Part shown: piece after piece, positions 1 through 12,859 of the stretch
Layout: every line of letters starts with the position of its first letter
How positions within the stretch are numbered: the first letter of the stretch is position 1
NCBI GenBank assembly: GCA_963845735.1
Contig: CAWJTR010000001.1
Coordinates: 241,919 to 305,918 of the forward strand
Length of the DNA: 64,000 nucleotides
Reading direction: 5' to 3'
DNA from: an uncultured Alphaproteobacteria bacterium
GTDB taxonomy: Bacteria > Pseudomonadota > Alphaproteobacteria > ATCC43930 > CGMCC-115725
The notes under the pieces: model-generated
Told to the model about the DNA's origin: nothing
The model's database searches: none
What the model saw: only the letters and a program-made list of their open reading frames with translations
Translations under genes and position numbers: made by a program

Positions 1-446
1 AGATAGTCCCGTGCCGCAAGCACCGCTGTCGGCTGACGGCCGAGCGCCGGGCCGAGGCGCGGCGGTGGGGGGCAGGGGGTGGGCGGCCGCGCCGGGAAAT
101 CGAGCGCCAACAATTCGCCGTCGCGGCTGACGGCGAGATCGCCCGCCTTCTCGGTGCGGAAGACGACGCGCTGCCGATCCGGGCCGCAGCAGATTGAAGA
201 TCGACATAGGCCGCGGCGAGCGTCGCATGGCCGCACAGATCGACCTCGGTGGTCGGCGTGAACCAGCGCAGCCGCCAGCCCTCACTCTCGGGCACGAAGA
301 AAGCCGTCTCCGACAGATTGTTCTCGGCCGCGATCGCCTGCATGACAGTCTCGGGCAGCCAGCTCGTCGAGCGGGCACACCGCCGCCGGGTTGCCGGTGA
401 ACGGCCCGTCGGCAAAGGCGTCGATCTGGTACAGCGGGATGCGCAC
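1..446 (-). pseudogene. PhzF-family isomerase-like protein, 5' part (runs off the left edge); frame broken at ~366 and ~180-205
   Basis: GTG at 444-446, then [28 protein letters not shown]. Homology continues in other frames as [53 protein letters not shown] and [33 protein letters not shown]. Confidence 0.7.
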
Positions 447-454
447 AGCCTTGG

Positions 455-1250
455 TTAGCGTTGTAACGGGTGGGCGTGGTCGAGGGGGCCGTGGCCGCGG
501 CCCAATCCGGGAGCGCTCGCGATCGCGCGCTGGACATAGGCGCGGGCGCGGTCGACGGCGTGTTCGATCTCGAGGCCTTGGGCGAGGCCGGCGGCGATCG
601 CCGAGGCGAGGGTGCAGCCGGTGCCGTGGGTGTGGCGGGTGTCGATGCGCGGGCTCTCCCACACCCTGACGCCCGCCGCGGTCACGAGCACGTCCGACAC
701 GGTGTCTGCCGGCAAGGTGGCCGCCCTTGACCAGCACCGCCCGGCAGCCGAGCGCCAGAAGCTTTTCTCCGGCCGCGCGCATCGCCGCGACATCGCCGAT
801 CGTCGCGCCGCATAGCGTTTCGGCTTCGGGCAGGTTCGGCGTCAGTACCGTGGCGCGAGCGATCAGCAGCCGCTTCAGCGCTTCGATCGCGTCGGGGTCG
901 ATCAGCCGGGCGCCGCCCTTGGCGACCATGACCGGATCGACGACCAGCGGGACCACCGGCGCACGCTGCTGCAATACCGCGGCCACCGTCTCGATCACCG
1001 CGGCATCGTGCAGCATGCCGGTCTTGATCGCATCGGCGCCGATGTCGTCGAGCACCACTTCGATTTGCTTGCGGATGAACTCCGGCGGGATCGGCAGGAC
1101 GCCAAAGACGCCCTCGGTGTTCTGCGCGGTCAGCGCGGTGATCGCCGTCGCCGCGTAGCCGTCGAGCATCGTCACCGTTTTGATGTCGGCCTGGATGCCG
1201 GCGCCGCCCCCGGAATCCGAACCGGCGACAATCAGAACCCGGCCACGCAC
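455..1250 (-). pseudogene. thiD: Hydroxymethylpyrimidine/phosphomethylpyrimidine kinase ThiD, one +1 frame break near 710
   Basis: N-terminus VLIVAGSDSGGGAGIQADIKT...LVKGGHL in ORF 282..1250. C-terminus DTVSDVLVTAAG...THGTGCTLASAIAAGLAQG in ORF 455..793. Length 796 nt (mod 3 = 1). Confidence 0.85.
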
Positions 1251-2653
1251 TATTCCGCCGCCTGCGCCGCGTCCTGGTGCGCCGTCGTCCGTATCGACAA
1301 GGGCGGGTCATCGGCGGCGACCGAGCGGATCGCGGCGCAGATGTCTTCGACCACGGCCGCCACCAATTCCTCGTCCTCGCCCTCGGCCATGACCCGAATG
1401 ACCGGCTCGGTCCCCGATGGCCGGATCACGAGCCGGCCGGCATTGCCGAGCCGGGCCTCGCCGCCGGCTATCGCCTCTTTGACGACGCGCCGGTCGAGCG
1501 GCACGACCTGGCCGTGACGCACGCTGCTCGAATGTTGCGGCACCGGCGTGAACAGCCGGCAGATTTCGCTCGCGGGCCGGCCGGTTTCGACGATCGAGGC
1601 CAGAACCTGAAGCGCGGCGATCAAGCCGTCACCGGTCGTCGCATAATCGGCGAGGATGATATGGCCCGACTGCTCGCCGCCGAGGTTGCAGCCGAGGCTG
1701 CGCATTTTTTCGACGACATAGCGGTCGCCGACCGCGGCCCTGTGCAGCTTGATGTCTTGGCCGGCGAGAAACCGCTCGAGACCGAGGTTGGACATCACGG
1801 TCGCCACCAGCGCCCCGCCCACGAGCCGCCCGGTGCGGGCCAGCCCGGTCGCGATCAGCGCCATCAGCTGGTCGCCGTCGAGAATGACGCCGCGCTCGTC
1901 GGCGATGATCAGCCGATCGGCGTCGCCGTCGAGCGCGATCCCGATATCGGCACGGCGCGCCAGCACCTCGCGCCGCATCTGCTCGGGGGACAGCGCCCCG
2001 CATTCGCGGTTGATGTTGAGCCCGTCGGGCGACACCCCGAGGGCGAAGACCTCGGCGCCCAATTCCCAGAACACCGTCGGCGCGACCTTGTAGGCCGCGC
2101 CATGGGCGCAATCGACGACGATGCGCAGGCCGTCGAGCCGCAGCCCACGCGGAAAACTCTGTTTGACGAATTCGATGTAGCGACCGCCGGCGTCATCGAG
2201 CCGCTTGACCCGACCGAGCTCCGCCGGGATCGCGCGCCGGCTCGGGCCTTTGGGGAGGCAGGCTTCGATCTTCCCCTCGAGCTCGTCTGAGAGTTTGTAG
2301 CCGTCGCGGCCGAAGAGCTTGATGCCGTTATCAACGTACGGATTGTGCGAGGCCGACAGAACAACGCCGATATCTGCACGCAGGCTGCGCGTCAGCATGG
2401 CGATTGCCGGGGTCGGCAGCGGGCCGACCAGCACGACGTCCATGCCCATCGTGACAAATCCGGCGGTCAGCGCCGGTTCGAGCATATATCCCGAAAGCCT
2501 AGTGTCCTTGCCGATGACGACGAGATGCTTGTGCGCGCCGTTCTTAAAGCATTCACCGACGGCCATTGCCACTTTCAGCGCCGTTTCCGGTGTCATCGGC
2601 TCGATGTTTGCAGTCCCGCGGATCCCGTCAGTGCCGAAGAGCTTCCGCGTCAT
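1250..2653 (-). CDS. glmM: Phosphoglucosamine mutase
   Basis: [16 protein letters not shown]..., SASHNP active-site motif, ~467 aa. Its TAG stop overlaps the thiD GTG by 1 nt. Confidence 0.93.
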   Translation of the reverse strand: MTRKLFGTDGIRGTANIEPMTPETALKVAMAVGECFKNGAHKHLVVIGKDTRLSGYMLEPALTAGFVTMGMDVVLVGPLPTPAIAMLTRSLRADIGVVLSASHNPYVDNGIKLFGRDGYKLSDELEGKIEACLPKGPSRRAIPAELGRVKRLDDAGGRYIEFVKQSFPRGLRLDGLRIVVDCAHGAAYKVAPTVFWELGAEVFALGVSPDGLNINRECGALSPEQMRREVLARRADIGIALDGDADRLIIADERGVILDGDQLMALIATGLARTGRLVGGALVATVMSNLGLERFLAGQDIKLHRAAVGDRYVVEKMRSLGCNLGGEQSGHIILADYATTGDGLIAALQVLASIVETGRPASEICRLFTPVPQHSSSVRHGQVVPLDRRVVKEAIAGGEARLGNAGRLVIRPSGTEPVIRVMAEGEDEELVAAVVEDICAAIRSVAADDPPLSIRTTAHQDAAQAAE

Positions 2654-2822
2654 GGCATCCCCAGAGCTGTAAATGTGTCCCCGCGACAATATAAATTCAC
2701 GACAAACGCACAGCAGAGTCAAACGACAATTTCGTTAATGTTAAATAAACGAGGCTCGCGCAGTTCCCCCCATATTCGGGGAGGAACCACGCGAGGGGTG
2801 CGAAAGTAGCCGAGAAAGCCGA

Positions 2823-4751
<1,929 letters not shown>

Positions 4752-4837
4752 GATGAACGCCTTTCCATGCCGAACCAGGCAGCACGCGCTAGATAACCTA
4801 CGCCGATCAAGGCCGGCCCGCGACCATTTTTAGACAG

Positions 4838-6184
4838 TCATGACATAAGCAGCGCGCCGGGTTTAACAACCGCGAAGCCGGCATCGGACAGAGATTTGAC
4901 GGCTCGAAAAACGAGCTGCGGCAACAAACAGACTCCCTCGCGTCGATACCCAAGATGGGGAACGGCAGCGATACCGTTTTCGTCCCACAGCGCCGGCAAA
5001 ATTGGCCGAACCAAGAGCGGCAACCCGGTACTCGGCAGCTCCGGACCCCGGCTACCGAGCTCGGCAACCCCGATTTCACGGAGATAATCGAGAGTGACGG
5101 GGCCAGTCGCGGTCGCGGGCAGCGCGACCTCGAAGCGCCGGTCCCAGACAAGGCTCGTCCCGGGCGAGATTCGGGCCGGGCTCGCGGCTGCGGCGAGCTC
5201 GCGCAAGACAAGATACCGGCCGCGCCACGCGACGAATCGGCAGCCGGCGAGCGTATATCCACCATCGGCATTGCCGGCGAGCACACGAAGCAGTCGGGAG
5301 ACCCGCCGGCGTCGCGGCGGATAGAGGCCACCGCCGAGCATGGCGACGATCGCGCTGAGCGCCTGCTCGGCAATGTCCGCCGGCGCCGCGAGCAGCGGGG
5401 CACAATCGAGCGTCGCGAACCCAGCCGGGTGCACGCTCACCGCACGCGCCAGTAAGGCATCGCGCGCACGTTCTCGGGACATTCGCTCGCGGCCGAGCCT
5501 GCCGACCGCGTCGAGCACCGTTGCGAGATCGGCGTCTGGCGCCGCCGTGGCACCGGCACGCAGGCGTGCGCGCGCGAAAGCGGGGTCGCGATTGCTCGGA
5601 TCGGTGATGAAAGGCTGGCCCTCGGCGGCAAGGGTCGCGGCCAGGCGCGCCTTTGGAATGCCGAGCAGCGGGCGCAAAATACGGCAACAATCGAGTTCGC
5701 GGACCGCCGACATCCCGGCGAGGCCGGCATCGCCGCTTTGCGCGGCGCGGCGGATCAGGTGGGTCTCGGCTTGATCTTCGCGGTGATGCGCGGTCAGCAG
5801 ATGCAGGCAGCCATGCTCGCGGCACCATTGGGCGAGCAGTCGATAGCGGGCCTCCCGCGCCGCCTCCTGAATTCCGGTCGTGGGCTTTTTCCCCTCCCAG
5901 ACCAGGACTTCGTGTCGGATTTTCCGGGCCGACAGCCAGCCGCCGAGCCGGCGGATCTCGGCGCCGCTCTCCGGCCGCAGCCGGTGGTCGACGCTCAGCG
6001 CGCAGACCTCGCCCCGGCGCGAGCGCGCCCAGCGATCCGCCAGAATCGCGAGCGCGAGGCTGTCGGGGCCGCCCGAGACGGCGACAGCGACAAACGGGGC
6101 GCTTTCAAAACAGGCGAGACGGTCGAGCGCGCCGGCAAGCTCGGCGACGCACAGGGGTTGCGCGGAACCTCCCGGGCTCAGCAC
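4838..6184 (-). CDS. tilS: tRNA(Ile)-lysidine synthase
   Basis: PP-loop motif AVSGGPDSLAL. Position directly upstream of ftsH is the conserved arrangement. Confidence 0.85.
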   Translation of the reverse strand: MLSPGGSAQPLCVAELAGALDRLACFESAPFVAVAVSGGPDSLALAILADRWARSRRGEVCALSVDHRLRPESGAEIRRLGGWLSARKIRHEVLVWEGKKPTTGIQEAAREARYRLLAQWCREHGCLHLLTAHHREDQAETHLIRRAAQSGDAGLAGMSAVRELDCCRILRPLLGIPKARLAATLAAEGQPFITDPSNRDPAFARARLRAGATAAPDADLATVLDAVGRLGRERMSRERARDALLARAVSVHPAGFATLDCAPLLAAPADIAEQALSAIVAMLGGGLYPPRRRRVSRLLRVLAGNADGGYTLAGCRFVAWRGRYLVLRELAAAASPARISPGTSLVWDRRFEVALPATATGPVTLDYLREIGVAELGSRGPELPSTGLPLLVRPILPALWDENGIAAVPHLGYRREGVCLLPQLVFRAVKSLSDAGFAVVKPGALLMS

Positions 6185-7239
6185 CCGAGCCGCTTCTTCT
6201 CCTGCGCCGCCCTGTCTTTGATGGCGCTGCTCGAGTGCGGAAATGCATGGTCGAGTTGCATCAGCGCGATGCAGGCATTGTGCTTTTGGTTGGCGCGTTC
6301 GAGCGACATCCCGAGCTTGAGCAGACCGTCAGGCGCCTTCGGCCCCTTCGGATAGCGCTGGTATCCCTCGGCAAAGGCGGCGGCCGCCTCAGAGTATTTG
6401 CCGCGCGCATAAAAGCTTTCGCCCAGCCAATACTGGGCGTTGCCGGCCAACGGATCCTTGGGATGCTGCTGGACAAAGCTGCGTAACGCATCTTCTGCAG
6501 CCGGATAGTCTGCCCGCCGCAGCAGACCGAACGCTGCATTGTATTGCGCGGAGGTCGAGGCAGCAGGCAATGTTCCCTCGCCGGGCGGACGCAAGGTGCC
6601 GCCGCTTGCGGCGCTCGCAATCTGCGGCGTCAATTCGGTCGGCCTCGGGTAAGGCTGGTCCGGCACCGGCCCAGCCGAGCCAGGGGGAGTCAATGTACCA
6701 AAGCTCGCCGATTGATCTGGCGGCGGCAAAGCGCTGGGGGGCGGCGGGCGGCCATAGGGCATCGCCGCCGCGTCGGTCATCGGCGCAGACTCGCCCGCCG
6801 CCATCTCATGACTGCCAGGCGGGCGCCGGGGCGGCGGAGCCTCTGCCGACCCCGATAATTGGGCCTGGCCTTGACCGAGCCGCACGTCGATGTCGCTGTT
6901 TACCTGCTCGAGGCGTTGGCGCAGCTGCTCGACCTCGTTTGTCATATTCTCCACGCGGCCGGTCAGGTCGCGCATCTGCTGCTCGAGCCGATCCATCCGG
7001 ACCTGAAGATTGACGGCGGTACTGGCGCCCCCAACGCCGGCCGGCGCTGTATCGCCGCTGTCGCGATAAACCTGCCGCTGCAGCATGCTGAGATCCCGCT
7101 CGATGCGGTCGAGGCGCTCCTGCGTCGCGGCATCCTGCGCTGCGGCGTCTTGGGCAAAGGCCATCAGCGCCGGCGCCATCGAAAGCATCACCACCAGCAG
7201 GGCCGGACGGGCTTGCGGCAGGAACGAGCGCCGGATCAT
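6178..7239 (-). CDS. ybgF: Tol-Pal system protein YbgF/CpoB (coiled coil plus TPR)
   Basis: Signal peptide MIRRSFLPQARPALLVVMLSMAPALMAFA, coiled-coil N-terminal half, C-terminal TPR (YPKDPLAGNAQYWLGESFY). Last gene of the tol-pal cluster. Start chosen at ATG 7239. Confidence 0.85.
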   Translation of the reverse strand: MIRRSFLPQARPALLVVMLSMAPALMAFAQDAAAQDAATQERLDRIERDLSMLQRQVYRDSGDTAPAGVGGASTAVNLQVRMDRLEQQMRDLTGRVENMTNEVEQLRQRLEQVNSDIDVRLGQGQAQLSGSAEAPPPRRPPGSHEMAAGESAPMTDAAAMPYGRPPPPSALPPPDQSASFGTLTPPGSAGPVPDQPYPRPTELTPQIASAASGGTLRPPGEGTLPAASTSAQYNAAFGLLRRADYPAAEDALRSFVQQHPKDPLAGNAQYWLGESFYARGKYSEAAAAFAEGYQRYPKGPKAPDGLLKLGMSLERANQKHNACIALMQLDHAFPHSSSAIKDRAAQEKKRLGC

Positions 7240-7338
7240 CAGGTAGGCCTCTTGGATGCGCGCTGCGGCCTGGGGGTGGCGCGACGTGCGGGATCGAGCG
7301 ATGCGCATCTACCACGGATGCTAGGGCCGGTTTTAGGC

Positions 7339-7371
7339 AAAAAAAGGGCGCGCCGCGAGCCTCGTCCACCC
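7339..7371 (-). terminator. GC-rich stem followed by a U7 tract (weak intrinsic-terminator-like element) in the pal-ybgF spacer
   Basis: Minus strand reads GGGUGGACGAGGCUCGCGGCGCGCCC then UUUUUUU (A-run 7339-7345 on the plus strand). Confidence 0.25.
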
Positions 7372-7549
7372 GAAACGGCGGATATACGTGCGCCGGGGCT
7401 AGCGGCGCCGGACTGGGTGCACCGGCGAGGCGGTTCGGCAGGTGGGGCCGACGGCACAGGATCAAACGGAAACTCGCGATCAAGGCCAGATTTGATCCGC
7501 CGATTTACGCTCCGGACAACGTCCGGATCGCCGCAAAACAGGTTGGAGA

Positions 7550-7570
7550 TGGCCGGGATGGGCCCGGCCA
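7550..7570 (-). terminator. 8-bp perfect GC hairpin 11 nt downstream of the pal stop
   Basis: TGGCCGGG / CCCGGCCA arms with a 5-nt loop. The U-run is not immediately adjacent, so this is not a canonical terminator. Confidence 0.25.
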
Positions 7571-7580
7571 GGATGCCAGT

Positions 7581-8066
7581 TCAGTTCACTGTGGTGATGG
7601 CGACGCGATTCTGCGCCCAGGCTTCCTCGTTCGAGCCCAGGACGATCGGACGCTCCTTGCCATAGCTGATCGTCGAAATGCGTGATGCCGGAATGCCCGC
7701 GGCGACCAGCACATTCTTGACCGCCGCGGCCCGGCGCTCGCCAAGGGCGAGGTTGTACTCGCGCGTGCCGCGTTCGTCGCAATGACCCTCGATCGTGACC
7801 GAGACGTTCGGGTAGTGCTGCAGCCAACTGGCCTGCCGCTGCAGAATCTGCTGAGCTTCGGAGCTGATATCCGACCGATCGAATTCGAAAAACACCCGGT
7901 CGCCGGCGGTCTGCGCCAAATCCTGCTGTGAACCCGGAACCACCGAACCGACACCGCCGGGCGGACCGCCCGCGCCGGGCGGACCGGGCGGTGGCGCCGG
8001 CGGCGTGCTGCTGCAAGCGGCGAGCAGTAAAAATACTCCCACCAAGCCAATAACTTTCATACGCAT
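7581..8066 (-). CDS. pal: Peptidoglycan-associated lipoprotein Pal (OmpA-like)
   Basis: Lipobox LLLAAC|SS; OmpA_C motifs GHCDERGTREYNLALGERRA. Confidence 0.95.
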   Translation of the reverse strand: MRMKVIGLVGVFLLLAACSSTPPAPPPGPPGAGGPPGGVGSVVPGSQQDLAQTAGDRVFFEFDRSDISSEAQQILQRQASWLQHYPNVSVTIEGHCDERGTREYNLALGERRAAAVKNVLVAAGIPASRISTISYGKERPIVLGSNEEAWAQNRVAITTVN

Positions 8067-8111
8067 ATCGAAAACCCCCGTGAAATGGGATGGAGAGTAT
8101 CCTGCCGCCGC

Positions 8112-9455
8112 TCAACGCAGCAAGGGAGACCAGGCCGGATCCGACGCAGCTCCCGGAGTAGGCACGTCACGCCGGTTGTATCCGGTCAAGTCGATTGTCT
8201 GCAGGTGCGGCGAACCGCCGTAGCCGCGCGAATCGGATGGCCCCTGGGCGAAATACATCAGTACCCGGCCATTAGGCGCCCAGGTCGGCCCCTCGACCAG
8301 AAAACCCTGCGTCAACAGCCGCTCGCCCGAGCCGTCCGGGTGCATCACCCCGATATAGAACGAGCCGGTGCCGATCTTGGTGAAGGCGATCAGATCGCCG
8401 CGCGGTGACCACACCGGTGTGCCGTAGTGGCCCGAGCCAAAGCTGATCCGCCTCGCGCCGCCGCCATCGGCGCTCATCACGTAGAGCTGCTGCGAGCCGC
8501 CGCGATCGGAATTAAACACGATCTGGCTGCCGTCCGGCGAATAGCACGGCGAGGTGTCGATCGCTTGATCATCCGTAAGGCGCGTTGCCCGGTGCGTGCG
8601 CAGATCGAACGTATAAATGTTGGTGGCGCCGTTTTGGGCGCGGCTCAAGACGACCCGATTGCCGTCGGGTGAAAATCGCGGCGCAAAGGTCATGCCGGGA
8701 AAGTCGCCGATCACTTCCTGCTGCCCGGTGTCGATGTTCAGCAGATAGACGCGTGGGGTTTTAGTGGCATAGGACAGGTAGGTGATCTCCTGCGCCGTCG
8801 GCGAGAAGCGCGGGGTCAGCACCAGCGCCCGCCCGTCGGTCAGATATTTGTTGTTGGCGCCATCCTGATCCATGATCGCCAGACGCTTGATCCGGTCCTG
8901 AGCCGGGCCGGACTCGGCGACATAGACGATGCGCGTGTCGAAATATCCCTCTTCCCCGGTGATCCGCTTGTAGATCTCGTCGGCGATGATGTGGGCGATG
9001 CGGCGCCAATTCTGCGGCGTCGTCGTATAACCAAAGCCGGTCAGCTGCTGCTCGGCAAAGACATCCCAAAGCCGGAACTGGACCCCAAGCCTTCCATCAC
9101 CTTGAGTTTGGACCGTGCCGGTGACCAGCGCCTGCGCGTTGAGCTGCCGCCAGTCGCCAAATCGGGGCGCGGTGCTGTCGGTCGCCGATACGTTCTGGAT
9201 AAAGCTTCGCGGATCGATCGGCCGAAACAGTCCCGAGCGTTCGAGATCGGCCGAGATCACGCCGGCGATATTGCTTCCGGCCTGCGCTTCACCGCCGCCC
9301 GCGCCGGCAAAGGCCGGGATCGCGATCGGCATCGGCTGGACTTGGCCGCTGGTAATGTCGATCCGCAGCTCGGCGCGCGCCGGCGCGCCCGTCCACAGCA
9401 GGGCCGTGAGCAAGATCGTCAGTGCGCCGTAAGGAGCGAGGCGGCGTTGGTTCAT
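8112..9455 (-). CDS. tolB: Tol-Pal system beta-propeller protein TolB
   Basis: [16 protein letters not shown]... signal peptide, TolB N-domain and WD40-like repeats (SPDG..., PxWSP). ATG 9455 overlaps the tolA TGA (ATGA). ORF 8112..10181 is this gene plus out-of-frame tolA. Confidence 0.93.
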   Translation of the reverse strand: MNQRRLAPYGALTILLTALLWTGAPARAELRIDITSGQVQPMPIAIPAFAGAGGGEAQAGSNIAGVISADLERSGLFRPIDPRSFIQNVSATDSTAPRFGDWRQLNAQALVTGTVQTQGDGRLGVQFRLWDVFAEQQLTGFGYTTTPQNWRRIAHIIADEIYKRITGEEGYFDTRIVYVAESGPAQDRIKRLAIMDQDGANNKYLTDGRALVLTPRFSPTAQEITYLSYATKTPRVYLLNIDTGQQEVIGDFPGMTFAPRFSPDGNRVVLSRAQNGATNIYTFDLRTHRATRLTDDQAIDTSPCYSPDGSQIVFNSDRGGSQQLYVMSADGGGARRISFGSGHYGTPVWSPRGDLIAFTKIGTGSFYIGVMHPDGSGERLLTQGFLVEGPTWAPNGRVLMYFAQGPSDSRGYGGSPHLQTIDLTGYNRRDVPTPGAASDPAWSPLLR

Positions 9456-10446
9456 AACAAATCCTTTGGGCTGAAATCGACAACCATGTCCTTCCAGACG
9501 TCGTATTTGTCTGGTGGCAGGCGGAGCGGCCGGCATAGCGGGTTGAAAAAGGCGCGCCGGGCGCTTTCCGCGGCGGCGCGGAAGAACGGGTCGGCGGCGA
9601 GCCCGCCCCTGATCGACGATCGCTGCCTGCTGGACCATGCCGTCGGGTCCGACTTCGACCCGGAGTTCGACGACCAGATCCTTGGCGTCACGTGCGCCCG
9701 CCGGAATGTTCCAGCAGCGCGAGATCTGCTCACGGATCATGTCGACCTCGCTCGCGCTCAGCTGGCTGCCCAAAGGCGCGCGGGGCTGCGACGACGCGGT
9801 TCCCGAAGCGGTCCGCATGCTCTGCGGCGGCTCGTCCGGCGATGGCGCGGTGTCCTGCGCGGCCAGATTTTTCAACAGCGCGTCGAACTGTCCGGGATCG
9901 TATTTCCTGGCTTCAGCCTTTGCCTCGGCCCGCGCGAGTCTGCTGTGGCTTTTCGGGGGTCGGTTCAGGCGCTTCGACCTTCTCGACCGGTTTCGGCGGC
10001 GGTGGCGGCGGCGCCGGCTTGGGCTCGGGCAGCGGAGGCGGCGGCGGGAGTGGCGCCGGCTTCTGCTCCGGCGGCGCCGGCGGAGCCGGGGGGGCCGCGG
10101 CGGCCGAAGGCGGCGGCGCCGGTTGGGGTGGGGTCGGCTCGGGCTCGGGCTTTGGCCCCGGCGGACCCGGCACCGGCACATCCGGCTTGGCCTCGCGTTC
10201 GGGCATATTCGGGTTGGGGTGCGTCGCCCGGGTCTCCGGCCCCATCGTCACCAGCTGAACCGCGATCGGCATCTCCTGCGGCGTCGGTGGATGAAACAGG
10301 GTCGGTAGACCAAAGATGAAAAGGCTGCCGAGGACGAGGTGCAATACCCCCGACAAGGCCAGACCGCGCCGACCGACGCCGTCGGGCATCGCCTCCGGGA
10401 GCTGGGGTTCCGGCGGGAGGGCCGGTTCGGCGATGGCCAGGCTCAT
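9452..10446 (-). pseudogene. tolA: Tol-Pal protein TolA, two +1 frame breaks (~9938 and ~9612)
   Basis: TM anchor plus Pro/Ala/Lys-rich domain II in ORF 9913..10446. Then [22 protein letters not shown]...[23 protein letters not shown] in the 8112..10181 frame. C-terminus [19 protein letters not shown]...DFSPKDLL in ORF 9452..9733. Confidence 0.85.
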
Positions 10447-10470
10447 CCTTGCGCGCCCGCTGACCGGTTC

Positions 10471-10971
10471 TCAGTGCTTTGCAGTCCGTGCCGGGGTCGC
10501 GGCGGCTGCCGCCTCATGGGCGGTCGTGTCCGCCACTCCTGTCGGCGTCTGCGCGATCAGCGAAACCTTGCGAAAGCCCGCAGCGCTGATCAGGCTCATG
10601 ACCTCGAGCACGCGGCCGTAATCGATCGACTTGTCGGCCCTGACATAAACAAGCGCATCGGGGTTGGCGCCGGTGATCGCCTGCAGGCGAGGCACAAGGG
10701 CTTCGGTCGGCAGCTCGGTGTCCTGGATAAAGATCTTGCCCTCGTTGTTAACGGTGATGACCAGCGGCTCTTTCGGCTCGGTGATCGGCGGCGCCTGGGT
10801 CTGGGGCAAGTCGACGGGCACCCCCACGGTCAGCAGCGGGGCCGCGACCATGAAAACGACGAGCAGCACCAGCATGACATCGACGAGCGGCGTCACATTG
10901 ATTTCGGCCATCGGCCGATAGCGCCCGGCGCGGATAACGCGGCCGTTGCCGCTGAGGCTCGACAGCGCCAC
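10471..10971 (-). CDS. tolR: Biopolymer transport protein TolR (ExbD family)
   Basis: MAEINVTPLVDVMLVLLVVFMV motif; position between tolQ and tolA. Confidence 0.9.
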   Translation of the reverse strand: MALSSLSGNGRVIRAGRYRPMAEINVTPLVDVMLVLLVVFMVAAPLLTVGVPVDLPQTQAPPITEPKEPLVITVNNEGKIFIQDTELPTEALVPRLQAITGANPDALVYVRADKSIDYGRVLEVMSLISAAGFRKVSLIAQTPTGVADTTAHEAAAAATPARTAKH

Positions 10972-10974
10972 TGG

Positions 10975-11703
10975 TCAGGGCCTCTCGTCGAGCTGGCGCG
11001 ACAGGATCGCACTGAATTCCGAGGAAAAGGCTTCGAGCCGGCCGGCGTAGCGCCCGAAATCCGTTGCCAGCTTGTTGTAGGCGATGACCGCAGGGATCGC
11101 GGCGACGAGGCCGAGCGCGGTGGCGAACAGCGATTCGGCGATGCCGGGGGCGACGACTGCGAGGCTGGTGTTCTTGGAGGCGGCGATCGACTGAAAGCTG
11201 TCCATGATGCCCCAGACCGTGCCGAACAGCCCGACGAACGGCGCGGTCGCGCCGACCGTGGCGAGAAACGCCATGAAGCGCTCGACCCTCTCCATCTCGC
11301 GGCCGACGGTGACGTTCATGACCCGCTCGATACGCTGCTGCAGGCTCGCGCGCATGATCGCGGTGCCGAGCAGGCCCTTGGCGGCGCTGCGCCGCCACTC
11401 GCGCATCGCCGCCGAAAACACCGCGGTCATCGGATCGGGCGGACGCTGGCCGACGCGCTCGTAAAGATCGTCGAGCGAGCCGCCCGACCAGAAGCTTTCC
11501 TCAAAGCTCGACGCCGCATGGCGCAGGCGGCGGAGCCGGATCACCTTGTCGAATATGACCGCCCACGACCAGAACGACGCGAGCAACAAGATCAGCATGA
11601 CGATTTTGACGATGGCATCTGATTGCAGAAACAACGCAATGATCGAAAGGTCATGGGGAACCGCACCGGCGAGCGGCAGGGTGTCGACAGCGGAAGGCGG
11701 CAT
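10975..11703 (-). CDS. tolQ: Tol-Pal proton channel protein TolQ (MotA/ExbB family)
   Basis: Three TM segments and the conserved GLFGTVWGIM motif. Confidence 0.92.
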   Translation of the reverse strand: MPPSAVDTLPLAGAVPHDLSIIALFLQSDAIVKIVMLILLLASFWSWAVIFDKVIRLRRLRHAASSFEESFWSGGSLDDLYERVGQRPPDPMTAVFSAAMREWRRSAAKGLLGTAIMRASLQQRIERVMNVTVGREMERVERFMAFLATVGATAPFVGLFGTVWGIMDSFQSIAASKNTSLAVVAPGIAESLFATALGLVAAIPAVIAYNKLATDFGRYAGRLEAFSSEFSAILSRQLDERP

Positions 11704-11775
11704 TCTTTGAACCTTTTATGGCGTCTTTTGGACGATCGTCGGTGTGGGCGTCGGCATCGGTGTTGTGCGGCGGCG

Positions 11776-12846
11776 TCACGGCACCTCCTCGGCCTCGTCG
11801 ACGACCGGCAGGCGTGCCAGAAGGTCGAGCTGGGCCGGCAGCACCGCCGGCATCGGCAGGCCAAGATGGCGAAAAGCGAGCTGGGTCAGCATGCGGCCGC
11901 GCGGCGTGCGCTGCACAAACCCTTCCTGGATCAGGTATGGCTCGATGACCTCTTCGACGACGTCACGCTCGTCGCCGAGAGCCGCCGCCATGGTCTCGAC
12001 CCCGACCGGGCCGCCGCCGTAATTCTCGGCGATGCAGCGCAGATAGCGCCGGTCCATGCCGTCGAGCCCGCACCCGTCGACTTCGAGCCGCAACAGCGCC
12101 GCGTCGGCCGCGGCAAGATCGACCATCGCCAGGCCCTCGACCGCGGCAAAGTCGCGAATCCGCCGCAGCAGACGCATCGCCACGCGCGGCGTGCCGCGGG
12201 CGCGGCGGGCGACTTCGGCGGCGCCGTCGGCCCGCAAATCGAAGGCGAGCACCCGGGCGCCGCGGCCGACGATCAGCGCGAGCTCGGCCGGTTCGTAGAA
12301 CAACAGCCGCAGCGGGATGCCAAAGCGCTCGCGCAAAGGTCGGGTGATCAGCCCCGACCGGGTCGTGGCTCCGACCAAGGTGAAGGGCGGCAACGGATAG
12401 CGAATGGAATGAGCGCCCGGCCCCTCGCCAATGATCAGATCGAGGTGAAAATCCTCCATCGCCGGATAGAGGATTTCCTCGACCGAGGGGGCCAGTCGAT
12501 GGATTTCGTCGATGAACAACACGTCGCGCGGCTGGAGATTGGTCAGTAGCGCGGCGAGATCGCCGGCGCGTTGAATGACCGGGCCCGAAGTGGCGCGAAA
12601 GCCCACCCCCATTTCGCGCGCGACGATCTGCGCCAAGGTGGTCTTACCGAGCCCCGGCGGCCCGAACAACAGCACGTGGTCGAGCGCTTCGCCGCGCGCT
12701 TTGGCGGCCTCGATAAAGACGCCCAGATTGTCCCGCAGCTGGCGCTGGCCGACGAATTCGGCCAATGTCAGCGGCCGCAGCGAAGTCTCGGCGGCATCCT
12801 GCTCAGCGCGTTCGGGAGCGATGATGCGTGGCCCGGCCTCGCTCAT
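11776..12846 (-). CDS. ruvB: Holliday junction DNA helicase RuvB
   Basis: [13 protein letters not shown] Walker A, DEIHRL, 356 aa. Confidence 0.97.
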   Translation of the reverse strand: MSEAGPRIIAPERAEQDAAETSLRPLTLAEFVGQRQLRDNLGVFIEAAKARGEALDHVLLFGPPGLGKTTLAQIVAREMGVGFRATSGPVIQRAGDLAALLTNLQPRDVLFIDEIHRLAPSVEEILYPAMEDFHLDLIIGEGPGAHSIRYPLPPFTLVGATTRSGLITRPLRERFGIPLRLLFYEPAELALIVGRGARVLAFDLRADGAAEVARRARGTPRVAMRLLRRIRDFAAVEGLAMVDLAAADAALLRLEVDGCGLDGMDRRYLRCIAENYGGGPVGVETMAAALGDERDVVEEVIEPYLIQEGFVQRTPRGRMLTQLAFRHLGLPMPAVLPAQLDLLARLPVVDEAEEVP

Positions 12847-12859
12847 GACCCGACAGCTC

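Noticed and set aside
2654-2822. AT-rich ftsH-glmM spacer with TTGACT...TGAATT/TATATT as a glmM promoter
   Set aside because: The spacing to the better -10 hexamer (TATATT) is 23 nt, and the correctly spaced hexamer is poor. It is plausible but not supportable without transcript data.
8112-10181. A 689-aa ORF that looks like one giant protein
   Set aside because: It is tolB (from ATG 9455) preceded by the middle, frame-shifted part of tolA and by Arg-rich out-of-frame translation of the TolA Pro/Ala region. It is not a fusion protein.
9950-10200. Repetitive CCG/GCC-rich stretch resembling a tandem repeat or a CRISPR-like array
   Set aside because: It encodes the low-complexity Pro/Ala/Lys-rich domain II of TolA ([14 protein letters not shown]...). 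There are no regular repeat-spacer units.
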